The position numbers and the translations under genes were made by a program. A stretch of 64,000 nt of DNA, from contig CAVPOC010000008.1 of the NCBI GenBank assembly GCA_963706955.1, positions 640,001 through 704,000 of the forward strand, written 5' to 3'. Below the pieces are notes generated by a model. The model was not told the origin of the DNA. It was given only the letters and a program-made list of their open reading frames with translations, and did not search any database. This DNA comes from an uncultured Verrucomicrobiae bacterium. GTDB lineage: Bacteria; Verrucomicrobiota; Verrucomicrobiia; Chthoniobacterales; Terrimicrobiaceae. Each line of letters opens with the position of its first letter. The first letter of the stretch is position 1. This document shows positions 26,694-36,456 of the stretch, in pieces.

Positions 26694-29432
26694 GTGCCAC
26701 ACCTGATGATTACTCCCAACGAACAGGCCCTCGAGTTGGCCGCACGTGCACTTCGCGAAAAAGCCCTCAAACGCGTCGGCGAAAGCATTGAGATCTTTCG
26801 CGGCTTTCGCAAGGTCGAGGAACATCGACTGCGAATGTGGCACCACGCTGGCGGCGGCGGACGGGAAGTTGCCCGCCAACGCTCGGACTTGGTCGACATA
26901 CTCTTTAAGGAACTCTTCGAAGGCGTGGTCCGTTCCGTGGTTCCAAAAGGCCTCTCCGAACCGCTCGTTATCACGGCATTGGGTGGATACGGCCGCCGGG
27001 AGCTCATTCCCTTCAGTGATATCGATATCATGTTCACGACGGCCAACCCGCAGCCGTCGAGGGAATCGGAGGAAGTTATCCGAAAAACTCTGACGACGCT
27101 CTGGGATATTGGCTACAAGGTCGGCCACTCCACCCGCTCAATCTCGGAGACCATCAAGCTCGCCAATGCGGACATGGTCACGAAAACTTCTCTTCTGGAA
27201 TCGCGCTATCTGAGCGGCGACCGGGATCTCTTTAACGAGTTCAAAGTGAAGTTTGAAAAGGAATGCGTCCGCGGACGAGAAGGAGAATACGTTTCCTGGC
27301 GGCTCTCGAATCGGGCGGAGACACGCGAAAAGTACGGGCGCAGCGTTTTCATGCAGGAGCCCAACGTGAAGAATGGCGTCGGAGGCCTGCGCGACTACCA
27401 CAATCTCCTCTGGATAAGCTACTTTAAGGAGAAGATTAACAGCACTGCCAAGTTGCTCGAGCGACGCTTCCTGCGTGATTCCGAACGTCGCGCACTCGAT
27501 AAAAGCTACGATTTTCTGTTGAGGGTGCGCACCGAGATGCACTATCTGAGCGGCCGCCCTGTCGATACGCTGACCCTTCAGCTTCAGGGACGCGTCGCCG
27601 CCGGGTTTAATTTTCCACAGAAGCATATCCTGCTTCGCGTGGAGGCTTTCATGCGCGAGTACTTCAGCCACGCGCGTAACATCCATCTGGTTACGCAAAC
27701 AGCGATCGAGCGCGTATGCGACGTTCCCGAACGGCCCGCGTTCTTCGGGATTCTTCGCCCGAAACTCGAGAAATTTGACGGATTTGTGGCCCGCAATGGA
27801 AAGCTCTACGAGGAATCGAAGGAAACTTTCGCGGAGGACTCCTACCGATTCATCCGAGCTTTTCATCACGCCCAAGTCCGGCAACTTACTTTCAGCGCCG
27901 AGTTGCGGGACAGCATTCGCCGGCGCTTGCGTCTGGTGAACCGGACATTTCAATATGCCCGCGTTGCCAGAGAGACGTTCCTGGCGATCCTCTCGCGCAA
28001 GGGTGAGGTCGGACGCATCCTTCGCGAAATGCACGACCTCGGCTTTCTCGGACGCTATGTTCCGGAGTTCGGCGCACTCACTTGCCTGGTCCAACACGAA
28101 TTTTACCATCGCTACACAGCGGACGAGCACACTCTGGTGTGCATCGAGAAACTCGACGGTGTCCTTTTTGCCGAGGCCGAGAAGTTCCGTGGCTACCGCG
28201 CCTTGTTTCAAAAACTGGAGGATCCCGCCATCCTGTATCTGGCCCTTCTCCTTCATGACACCGGCAAGGCTGGCAACAAGCGGAACCATGAGGATGCGAG
28301 CGCAGTGCTGGCCCAAAAGGTGGCGCGACGTCTGCAGCTCTCTCCGGAGCGACGCCGCATGCTCATCACGCTGGTCAACTCCCACTACGAGCTTTCCTTC
28401 ACCGCGCAGAAGCGGAATCTCGATGATTCCGCCACCATCGCCGAATTCGGCCGCATCATCGGCAATCGCGCGAACCTCGATGCCTTGATGCTTCTTACTT
28501 TGGCCGATGGCCAAGGTACTAGCGATCAAAATTGGTCCGACTGGAAAGAGGGGCTTGTTTGGATCCTCTACCGACGGATGACGGACTATTTCGAGGGCGG
28601 AAAAATCAGTATGGCGCAGCTCCGGCAAAACCTCGAGGACCTCAGGGAGGCGGTCGTGCGGCGTTTGCCAAAGGATTTCGCTGAAGAAATCGAGGCCCAT
28701 TTCGAACACATGCCCGAGCGATACTTTCAAATGTTCGATTCCGAGCAGATCGCTGGCCACATTCGTCTCTTCCGGACATTTCTAGAAACTCATCTTACGC
28801 GGGAAGATCCGCCCCCCTATGCCCCCGTTTTCAAATGGATCGCCCGACCTGAGCTGGGACACAGCGAAGTGTGGGTTTGCGGATGGAACCGTCCCCGGCT
28901 GCTCGAACGCATTGCTGGTGCGTTCCTCTCCGCCCAAGTGAACATTTTGAGTGCGGATGTTTTCACCCGCGGGGACAATCTCGCTCTCGATATATTCCGC
29001 GTGTGCAGCACCCAGCTGGAGCCCGTGACGAGTGCTCGAGACATTACCCGCGTCGAAACGCGGCTTTGCGACTCACTAGCATTCGAGGACTACGACTTTA
29101 CCCCGCTGTTAAGCAAGAACGTGCTCCTGCGCACCTATCGTATGTCCCAGGAGGCGGAAATCCCCACCAAGATCGTCGTCGACAACACCTCGCACCCGAG
29201 TTTCACCCTGGTGGATGTGCAAACCCCCGACCGGCTCGGGCTCCTCTACGATCTGCTACGCGCTCTCGGCGAGACCGAAGTGAATATCGAGCTCTCGCGC
29301 ATCACCACGGAAATGGACGTTGCCATGGACACTTTTTATGTCACCAATGGCAACGGCAAGATCATAGACGAATCCGCCATTAAGCGCATCCAGCGTCTTT
29401 TGCAGCGCGCGTCGGTGCGCCCGTCGGGCTAA
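26694..29432 (+). CDS. glnD: [protein-PII] uridylyltransferase
   Basis: ALGGYGR..SDIDI, EPNVKNGVGGLRD, HRYTADEH, LLHDTGK, C-terminal ACT domains (DRLGLLYD). Confidence 0.95.
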   Translation: MPHLMITPNEQALELAARALREKALKRVGESIEIFRGFRKVEEHRLRMWHHAGGGGREVARQRSDLVDILFKELFEGVVRSVVPKGLSEPLVITALGGYGRRELIPFSDIDIMFTTANPQPSRESEEVIRKTLTTLWDIGYKVGHSTRSISETIKLANADMVTKTSLLESRYLSGDRDLFNEFKVKFEKECVRGREGEYVSWRLSNRAETREKYGRSVFMQEPNVKNGVGGLRDYHNLLWISYFKEKINSTAKLLERRFLRDSERRALDKSYDFLLRVRTEMHYLSGRPVDTLTLQLQGRVAAGFNFPQKHILLRVEAFMREYFSHARNIHLVTQTAIERVCDVPERPAFFGILRPKLEKFDGFVARNGKLYEESKETFAEDSYRFIRAFHHAQVRQLTFSAELRDSIRRRLRLVNRTFQYARVARETFLAILSRKGEVGRILREMHDLGFLGRYVPEFGALTCLVQHEFYHRYTADEHTLVCIEKLDGVLFAEAEKFRGYRALFQKLEDPAILYLALLLHDTGKAGNKRNHEDASAVLAQKVARRLQLSPERRRMLITLVNSHYELSFTAQKRNLDDSATIAEFGRIIGNRANLDALMLLTLADGQGTSDQNWSDWKEGLVWILYRRMTDYFEGGKISMAQLRQNLEDLREAVVRRLPKDFAEEIEAHFEHMPERYFQMFDSEQIAGHIRLFRTFLETHLTREDPPPYAPVFKWIARPELGHSEVWVCGWNRPRLLERIAGAFLSAQVNILSADVFTRGDNLALDIFRVCSTQLEPVTSARDITRVETRLCDSLAFEDYDFTPLLSKNVLLRTYRMSQEAEIPTKIVVDNTSHPSFTLVDVQTPDRLGLLYDLLRALGETEVNIELSRITTEMDVAMDTFYVTNGNGKIIDESAIKRIQRLLQRASVRPSG

Positions 29433-29438
29433 GGGGAT

Positions 29439-31952
29439 ATGACCTTTCGGTTCGCACGCCTGTTTTGGCGGCAGGTCGTGCGGCAGGCCTGGCGGCATCC
29501 GTTCCTCACGGGCCTGAACGTTCTCGGCATCGCTCTTGGCATTACGGTCTTTTTAGCTGTTCAAATTGCGAATCGAGGAGCGATCGCCAGCTTTGAGGCG
29601 GCCGTCGAACTCACTACCGGGCGCGCCCATCTGGAAGTGCGGGGCGACCTCGATGACGGGCTGGTCCCCGCCGTAGCGGCATTGCCGGAGGTCAAATTCG
29701 CGACGCCTATCGTTGAGGGAATTGTGACCTTTCCAGACACTCCGGGCGAATATCTGCGCATTCTGGGTGTGGACCCATTTACAGGGCGTGAGATCTTCCC
29801 CTTTCAGTTGGATACGGAGGGCAGCCCAACACTCGACTTTGAAAAGTGGATGCGCGATCCAGAGGCACTCGCTGTCCAACCTGGTTTTGCCAAAACCGGC
29901 CGCTTTGAGGTGCTCGCGGGAACCGCGCTGCGAACACTGTATCCGGCCTTCATCATCAAACCCAATGCTTTTGCGCAGACGGATCCACGCGTCGCAGCCA
30001 TGGACATCGGGTGGGCACAGGAACTTTTCGGATCAGCGGGGCGAATCTCTTCGATCCTCCTTCTTCTTAAGGATCCTGCTCAAGTCGAACTTGTCGCGGA
30101 CGCATTGCGCAAGATTTTGCCTGCTGATAGCCGGGTCACCGTCCCGGCAATGCGCAGCCAGGAGATGAAGTCGATGCTCGGGGCCTTTCAGCTCAATATC
30201 ACAGCCATGAGCCTGGTCTCTGTGGTCGTCGGCATGTTTCTCATCTGCAACAGCGTCGGAGTATCAGTCATCCGCCGACGGGTAGAAATTGCCATCTTGC
30301 GAGCAAACGGCGCCACGCGTGGAGAAGTTCGCCGATTGTTTCTCTGCGAAGCAGCACTCGAGGCGGCGATCGGAGTCGCCTTGGGCATATATTTGGCTCC
30401 GCTGCTGGCCGGCTGGATCGCCCAACCGGTGTCACACAGCATCTCTGCGCTCTATGAATTGGTCCGCGTCGAAAACCCTGCGCTGACCCAACGGCAAATT
30501 CTCGAAGCGGTTGGCATCGGCATGTCAGCGGCGCTCATCGCCGCATGGCTTCCCGCGTCCGAAGCGGCAAATTCTGATCCTGCACGCATCCTGCATCCTG
30601 GCGCGGGCATCGAAGTCTTTTCGCCCTTGCGCAAGCGAGGTCTGGTTGCCGCGGTTCTCCTGATTGGGACCGCCTTTGGACTATGCGTTTATTCGCTAAA
30701 AGGCGGCTCGAAATACCTGGGCTTCGCCGCAGCGGGAGCCATCATCGCCGGCTTTTCCCTCCTGGTCCCCTGGCTTGCTCTCGCGGTGGCGCTGTTTTTC
30801 AGGAATCTCGGCACCATCTTTCGGCTTGCGACCGATCATTTCGCTCGCTCGCTCCACCGGAATACGCTGACCATTGCCGCGCTCGCTGCCGCCATCGCGC
30901 TAACCATCAGCGTGACGGTGATGATCGATTCTTTTCGCGGCAGCGTGCAACGATGGATCGATCAGACCCTGACTGCAGACCTTTATATTGCACCAGCCGT
31001 CAATGAAACCGCCGGGACGCTAGCTCTCATGCCCGCTGAAACCGAAGCGTGGGCAACGGATCAGCCCGATGTGCTGGAAGTTGGCACCTTTCGCGAACTT
31101 CCCATTCGCTTTCGTGACGAGGTAACCTCCCTGGCTGTCATCAACGGAAAAGCGCGGGGCAAAGTGGAGTTCCTTGCCGGGCAGGGCGCCGAAGAGGGTT
31201 TTGAATCCGGCGAATGCGTAGCCGTATCGGAGAGTTTCGCAAACCGATTTACGATTCAGCCTACCGGGAAGCTCTCGCTGCCAACGCCAGCGGGTATCAA
31301 AGAATTCACCGTTTGCGGAATTTACAGGGATTTCGCGCGCGATCGGGGGACGATCCTAATGCCCAGAAGTCTTTTTGAACGCTATTGGCAGGAAAAGCAG
31401 GTGCATTCACTCGCGCTGAAGCTGCGGGCGCCGGAACTCGCAAACACCGTTGTCGAGGCATTTCGCGAGCGATTTGGACGGCAGGGTCAGTTCGCCGTTT
31501 ACGATAATGCTGCGCTCCGCCGGCGGGTGTTCGAAATTTTCGACGAGACCTTTGCGGTCACTTCCATACTCCGCGCGATCGCCATCATTGTGGCTGTCGC
31601 CGGGGTGCTCTTTTCACTCAGTGCACTCGTAATCGAACGTGAACGTGAAATCGGAGTCCTGCGCGCGATTGGGGCTTCCCGGGCGCAAGTGCTGGGGATT
31701 TTCCTCACCGAGGCCGCCTTGATCGGCTTCACCTCGGCGCTCAGCGGATTGGCCTCCGGCGGAGCCTTGGCCATGGTTCTTACCTGGATCATAAACAAGG
31801 CCTTCTTCGGCTGGACCATCGAACTGCACTATCCGGCCGAACAACTCCTCACCACGCCACTCTGGATCGTCGGGGTGGCGTTTCTGGCTGCCCTTTTCCC
31901 TGCGTGGCGCGCGGCACGAATCGCTCCCGCTAGTGCCGTCAGGTTCGAATAG
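29439..31952 (+). CDS. FtsX/MacB-like ABC transporter permease (two tandem units)
   Basis: LGIALG, RRVEIAILRANGA, EREREIGVLRAIGAS repeated architecture. Confidence 0.9.
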   Translation: MTFRFARLFWRQVVRQAWRHPFLTGLNVLGIALGITVFLAVQIANRGAIASFEAAVELTTGRAHLEVRGDLDDGLVPAVAALPEVKFATPIVEGIVTFPDTPGEYLRILGVDPFTGREIFPFQLDTEGSPTLDFEKWMRDPEALAVQPGFAKTGRFEVLAGTALRTLYPAFIIKPNAFAQTDPRVAAMDIGWAQELFGSAGRISSILLLLKDPAQVELVADALRKILPADSRVTVPAMRSQEMKSMLGAFQLNITAMSLVSVVVGMFLICNSVGVSVIRRRVEIAILRANGATRGEVRRLFLCEAALEAAIGVALGIYLAPLLAGWIAQPVSHSISALYELVRVENPALTQRQILEAVGIGMSAALIAAWLPASEAANSDPARILHPGAGIEVFSPLRKRGLVAAVLLIGTAFGLCVYSLKGGSKYLGFAAAGAIIAGFSLLVPWLALAVALFFRNLGTIFRLATDHFARSLHRNTLTIAALAAAIALTISVTVMIDSFRGSVQRWIDQTLTADLYIAPAVNETAGTLALMPAETEAWATDQPDVLEVGTFRELPIRFRDEVTSLAVINGKARGKVEFLAGQGAEEGFESGECVAVSESFANRFTIQPTGKLSLPTPAGIKEFTVCGIYRDFARDRGTILMPRSLFERYWQEKQVHSLALKLRAPELANTVVEAFRERFGRQGQFAVYDNAALRRRVFEIFDETFAVTSILRAIAIIVAVAGVLFSLSALVIEREREIGVLRAIGASRAQVLGIFLTEAALIGFTSALSGLASGGALAMVLTWIINKAFFGWTIELHYPAEQLLTTPLWIVGVAFLAALFPAWRAARIAPASAVRFE

Positions 31953-31968
31953 GAAGAAGCGAGCCTGC

Positions 31969-32802
31969 TTATGCGGATGCCGTGCACAACGCCGTCCAAA
32001 GCGTCTCTCCAAACATTGCTTTGACGCGCTGCTCGAGAAGACCCCCCGAAGCGGCCTCCCGGAGCAGGGCAAAAAAGGTCGACCCCGAGCCGGACATCCC
32101 CGCCGCACGGACTTCCGGCTGCCTCAACAGCCAATGCTTCATGGCCGGCAAGAGAATAAATTTTTCAAAGACCGGCCGCTCGAGCGCATTAAAAATCTTG
32201 ATCCAGCCAAGGTCTTGCTCTGCCTCGAGCCCGTCCGGCGCAGGACGTGCAGCCGCCCAAGCCCTGTAGGCCCACGCAGTTTCGACGCCAAATGGAGGCT
32301 TTATCAGGAGAATGTTCAGGCTTTCTGGAACTTCGAGTGGCTCGATGATTTCCCCACGACCACGGCAGGTTGCCGGTCGAGGACGGACAAAAAATGGGAC
32401 ATCGGAACCGATTTTTGCCGCAATCTTCTGCAGGTTTTCAGTCCCAAGTTTCGTCTCAAGCAGTTGATCCAGGGTCGAAAGAACCGCGGCAGCATCGCTG
32501 CTCCCTCCCCCCAACCCCCCTGCAATCGGGATCCGCTTACGAAGATGAATGGTCGCGGCAAATCGCAGCCCTGTCTCCTTTTGGAATTCGTCGGCAGCCG
32601 CTGCCGCGAGATTGCTCCGATCTACGGACAACGCGGGATCATCGCACGTGAGGGTGATAGTATCGCCCGGAAAGATTTCGACGCTGATTTCATCGGAAAG
32701 CGAGACCGGCACAATGATTGTTTCGATCTCGTGAAAACCGTCCGCGCGACGGCCAAGAATGCGCAGTTGCAAGTTGACTTTGGCTGGAGCGCGCACCTTC
32801 AT
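31969..32802 (-). CDS. ispE: 4-diphosphocytidyl-2-C-methyl-D-erythritol kinase
   Basis: APAKVNL, KRIPIAGGLGGGSSDAA, GSDVPFF, MSGSGST. Confidence 0.96.
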   Translation of the reverse strand: MKVRAPAKVNLQLRILGRRADGFHEIETIIVPVSLSDEISVEIFPGDTITLTCDDPALSVDRSNLAAAAADEFQKETGLRFAATIHLRKRIPIAGGLGGGSSDAAAVLSTLDQLLETKLGTENLQKIAAKIGSDVPFFVRPRPATCRGRGEIIEPLEVPESLNILLIKPPFGVETAWAYRAWAAARPAPDGLEAEQDLGWIKIFNALERPVFEKFILLPAMKHWLLRQPEVRAAGMSGSGSTFFALLREAASGGLLEQRVKAMFGETLWTALCTASA

Positions 32803-32822
32803 GGCCGGCGCATCCTCTGAAA

Positions 32823-33542
32823 ATGACCCGCACCGCTAAAGAAAAAATCATCGTCGCGCTGGACGTCCCAAATTTGGCCTCAGCAGTCAGCTTGGTCGAG
32901 GACTTGGGCGAGACGATCACCTGGGTCAAGATCGGGCTGCAACTCTTCACGGCGGAAGGTCCGCCGGTCGTCCAGGCGATGAGGACCCGCGGATTGAAAG
33001 TCTTTCTCGACCTAAAATTTCACGATATTCCGCATACGGCGCTCGAAGCGGTGCGTTCTGCCATCGCGCTTGGCGCCGGCATGGCCACGATCCATCTTTT
33101 CGGCGGAAGCCACATGGTGCGAAGCGCGGTCGAGGCATCCCAAAACTCGCCTCTACTCGTCCTTGGTGTGACCGTGCTTACGAGTATGGACGATGATCAA
33201 CTCAATGAGGTCGGCGTCGGACGAACTACGGACGAGCAAGTGTTGGAACTTGTCGCGCTCGGCCGAAGGTGTGGTCTGCGCGGCGTCGTTTGCAGTCCAT
33301 TGGAGGTCGCAGCCTTGCGAAGCAAGTTTGGCAACTCGCTCACGATCGTCACCCCAGGAGTGCGGCCATCGGATGCTAGCATCGATGACCAGCGACGGGT
33401 GATGACTCCCGCGGATGCTCTGGGCGCAGGCGCGGACTACCTGGTTATTGGACGTCCAATCACGGCAGCAGCCTCGCCGCGCGCCGCGGCGGTGCGCCTC
33501 GCGGACGAAATCAGCGAAACCCTCAGTCGCGGAAATTCTTGA
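32823..33542 (+). CDS. pyrF: Orotidine-5'-phosphate decarboxylase
   Basis: IIVALD, KIG, FLDLKFHDIPHT, VTPGVRP, VIGRPI. Confidence 0.96.
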   Translation: MTRTAKEKIIVALDVPNLASAVSLVEDLGETITWVKIGLQLFTAEGPPVVQAMRTRGLKVFLDLKFHDIPHTALEAVRSAIALGAGMATIHLFGGSHMVRSAVEASQNSPLLVLGVTVLTSMDDDQLNEVGVGRTTDEQVLELVALGRRCGLRGVVCSPLEVAALRSKFGNSLTIVTPGVRPSDASIDDQRRVMTPADALGAGADYLVIGRPITAAASPRAAAVRLADEISETLSRGNS

Positions 33543-34014
33543 AGGCTAGTCCGACATCAAAATTTCCGGCGCGCAAAGCACCAATCACTTTCTGAAGATC
33601 ATCCCGTTTTCCGCCCGTGACACGTATCTGACGATCTTGGAGTGTCGCCTGGACCTTCAGACCGATTGCCTTGATTGCTTTGGTGATTTCCTTTGCCTTG
33701 TCTCCCTCCAAGCCTTGCTTGATAGCCAACTCCTGTCGTGAGTGTCCCAGGGGAGATATCTCAGGCTCTTTCTGCTCGACATTGCGCAGATCAATTCCCC
33801 GCTTGGCGAGCTTGCCGATGATAATCTCGCGCAAACCTTTCAGTCGCGCGCCGTCATCGACCGCCAGGAGGACTGAGCCGGTTTTGGAATCCAGTTCGAT
33901 GGTCGCGGTGACCCCCTTGAAGTCGAACCGCGAACTCAATTCGCGCTGAGCCTGGTCAACTGCGTTCTTGACCTCCATGCGGTCAACCTCGGAAACGACG
34001 TCAAAGGATGGCAT
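33523..34014 (-). CDS. yajQ: YajQ family cyclic di-GMP/nucleotide-binding protein
   Basis: MPSFDVVSEVD, NAVDQA, RFDFKG, KRDDLQ, C-terminal NFRD. Confidence 0.94.
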   Translation of the reverse strand: MPSFDVVSEVDRMEVKNAVDQAQRELSSRFDFKGVTATIELDSKTGSVLLAVDDGARLKGLREIIIGKLAKRGIDLRNVEQKEPEISPLGHSRQELAIKQGLEGDKAKEITKAIKAIGLKVQATLQDRQIRVTGGKRDDLQKVIGALRAGNFDVGLAFKNFRD

Positions 34015-34112
34015 GATCTAAGTCTCTCCAATAAGAACAAGGGGCGCAACGTTTCGCAACCGCGGGTTTCGCAGTCCAGCAGATGTTGAGCGACCAGCGA
34101 GCTGCGAACGGA

Positions 34113-34976
34113 TCAGACGCCGCGAACCTGGGAAAGTCGGAAGAACTGTTCTGCGGTCGCGGTGGTCTGGCGCGCCACCGCCTCGAGGGTGCTCCCACGA
34201 TCTCGGGCAATCTGTTCGGCGACCAGCCGCGTAAATGCCGGCTCGCATCGCTCGCCGCGATGCGGGACCGGAGCTAAATACGGACAATCAGTTTCCACCA
34301 TATAGCGATCCTCTGGAACAGTTACAGCCGTTTCGCGAACAAGCTTGGCGTTCTTAAAGGTGACAACTCCGGTAAACGAAACAAGGTGGCCGAGCGCAAT
34401 GACGTCCATTGCCTGATCGGGACGGTTCCCGAAGCAGTGAAATACACCGCGCAGCCGACCCGTGTAAGGTTCCAAGATCGCCAAGGTGTCGTCCCATGCG
34501 TCGCGCTGATGAATGACAACGTTCAGTCCGAGGGCGACCGCCAAGTCGAGGTGAACGCGAAAAGCCTCTGTTTGCGCCGACTTATAGGCCCCATCCAAAA
34601 CTGCCGCCTCGGCATCCTCGGCGACTCCGGCTTGCAACGCGGCGATGGCCGGTGAGCTTTCCAGTTCCCGGCTGGGCAAATGGTGGTAGTCAAGCCCCGT
34701 CTCGCCGATGGCGGCGACTTTTGGATGCTCGGCAAGAACGCGTAAGGCGGGAAGAAAGTCCTCGACTTCGTTCTGAACGTTCGTCGGATGCACGCCTACA
34801 ACCGCGAAAACATTGGAATACCTTTCCGCCAAGGCGATTGCTCGTTCACTGCTTTCGATTCCAGTTCCAATTGTGATAATCCTGGTCACGCCAGCGGCGG
34901 TGGCATCTGCAACAACTTTGTCAAGGTCATCAGCGAAATCATGGTAGTCCAAGTGAGCGTGGGTATCGATCAACAT
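34113..34976 (-). CDS. tatD: TatD family hydrolase
   Basis: DTHAHL, GVHP, IGETGLDY, IHQR, FHCF, ETDCPYLAP. Confidence 0.93.
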   Translation of the reverse strand: MLIDTHAHLDYHDFADDLDKVVADATAAGVTRIITIGTGIESSERAIALAERYSNVFAVVGVHPTNVQNEVEDFLPALRVLAEHPKVAAIGETGLDYHHLPSRELESSPAIAALQAGVAEDAEAAVLDGAYKSAQTEAFRVHLDLAVALGLNVVIHQRDAWDDTLAILEPYTGRLRGVFHCFGNRPDQAMDVIALGHLVSFTGVVTFKNAKLVRETAVTVPEDRYMVETDCPYLAPVPHRGERCEPAFTRLVAEQIARDRGSTLEAVARQTTATAEQFFRLSQVRGV

Positions 34977-35243
34977 AGATTGTCTTTTCTAATCATCGTG
35001 TGGTGTGTAAGTTCGCAATCGGCACGTGAACCGCGATATAGTTGCTCGGTCGGACCAGATCCTCAAGCTATCGATTGTTAGCGGCGATCTGTCCGAGAGA
35101 ATAATTTCCAAGCTCCAGAGAGACGCACGGAGCGTAATCTCCGTTAAAAGATCGTTTCTGGCATATTTATCGAATTTTGGGCGCCTCAAGGTGGCAGGTG
35201 GCCACCGGTAGAGGGGGCTCAAGAGCAAAACCAACAACACAAA

Positions 35244-35501
35244 ATGAATACAACGAAAACACTCCTTGCGGGCGCAGCTGTTGCCGGTCTGATGACCGGA
35301 TCGATGGCCGTCCGCGCCTTCGCAGCCGGCGAACCAACTCCCGCGGGAGTTTCGCTCCAGACCATGGGGGACAAGGGCGCGCACGCCTGCAAAGGACAAA
35401 ACGCCTGTAAAGGGCAGGGCGGCTGCAAGTCCGGTGACGCGGGCTGTAAGGGCAAGAACACCTGCAAGGGCAAAGGCGGCTGCGCCACCAAGGGCAGCTA
35501 G
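35244..35501 (+). CDS. Secreted Cys-rich RiPP precursor, bufferin-type (six Cys)
   Basis: Signal-like N-terminus ending near RAFA; core CKGQNACKGQGGC...CKGKNTCKGKGGC; immediately upstream of DUF692. Confidence 0.85.
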   Translation: MNTTKTLLAGAAVAGLMTGSMAVRAFAAGEPTPAGVSLQTMGDKGAHACKGQNACKGQGGCKSGDAGCKGKNTCKGKGGCATKGS

Positions 35502-35545
35502 CTGGAAGTCCAAGCTAAGAAGCCTCTGGCGGCTTAGCTAAGCAA

Positions 35546-35589
35546 TCGAAAGGCCGCCGCTTTCGCCCATGAAGGCGGCGGTGCTTCGA
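35546..35589 (+). promoter_or_regulatory. Intergenic stem-loop between the precursor and the MNIO gene
   Basis: GCCGCCGCTTTC-gcccat-GAAGGCGGCGGT 12-bp stem (two G-U pairs) with outer TCGAA/TTCGA pairing; no long U tract. Confidence 0.65.
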
Positions 35590-35604
35590 AACAAATAAGC
35601 AAAG

Positions 35605-36456
35605 ATGCCTGCGAATCCTTTTAACGCTTACACGGACTACGGAATCGGAATCGGTCTGCGCGTGCCGCACTATCGGCATATCCTCGAGAAGAAGCCGGTC
35701 GTCGATTGGTTTGAAATCATCTCGGAGAATTTCATGGTGGATGGTGGCCGTCCCCTTGAAGTGCTCGATTCGATTTTGGAGCAATACCGGGTGGTCCAGC
35801 ATGGAGTGGCGATCTATTTTGGATCGGCGGACAAACTCAACCGCGAGCACCTCAAGAAGCTCAAGCGCCTCGTGCAGCGCACCAATACCCCCTGGCTCTC
35901 CGATCATCTCTGCTGGGGGAGCGTCGACGGTCGCTATACCCACGATCTGCTACCGATGCCTTATACCTTCGCGGCCGCCAAGGTGACCGCGCAAAAGATT
36001 TGTGAGGCGCGCGATTTTCTCGAGGTGCCCATCTGCGTGGAGAACGTGAGCAGCTATGCGGAGTTTCACGCCTCGGAGATGACCGAATGGGAGTTCCTTA
36101 GCGAAGTCGTCGAACTGGCCGATTGCGGAATTCTCCTCGATGTTAATAACATCTACGTCTCCTCCCAGAACCACAACTTCGACCCGTACGATTACCTAAA
36201 TAACATTCCGCACCATCGGGTCGGGCAGATCCACATTGCCGGCCATTCCAAATTCGAAAAATACATTCTCGACACCCACGATCATCCCGTTCTCGATCCG
36301 GTCTGGAAGATGTATGGCCACGCTCTCCAGCGGATCGGTCACACCGCCACCTTGCTCGAATGGGATGACCGCATTCCCTCCTTTGACGAGGTTCACAATG
36401 AAGCGCGCAAAGCCCTCAACTTCCAACAGCAGCATCTCGAAAGCAAAGTTGCGTGA
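35605..36456 (+). CDS. DUF692 multinuclear non-heme iron oxidase (MNIO), BufB-like
   Basis: GIGLR.PH, EIISENF, HGV, SDHLCW, DLLP, ENVSSY, LLDVNNIYV, HIAGH, DTH, LLEWD. Confidence 0.95.
   Translation: MPANPFNAYTDYGIGIGLRVPHYRHILEKKPVVDWFEIISENFMVDGGRPLEVLDSILEQYRVVQHGVAIYFGSADKLNREHLKKLKRLVQRTNTPWLSDHLCWGSVDGRYTHDLLPMPYTFAAAKVTAQKICEARDFLEVPICVENVSSYAEFHASEMTEWEFLSEVVELADCGILLDVNNIYVSSQNHNFDPYDYLNNIPHHRVGQIHIAGHSKFEKYILDTHDHPVLDPVWKMYGHALQRIGHTATLLEWDDRIPSFDEVHNEARKALNFQQQHLESKVA

Noticed and set aside
34560..34680. Roughly 25-aa insertion in TatD after GETGLDYHHLP
   Set aside because: Loop insertions at this site are plausible lineage variation; no intein or other motif
35000..35160. GTAA-containing ECF promoter candidates upstream of the RiPP precursor
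   Set aside because: Spacing to any CGT/CGA -10 element does not fit
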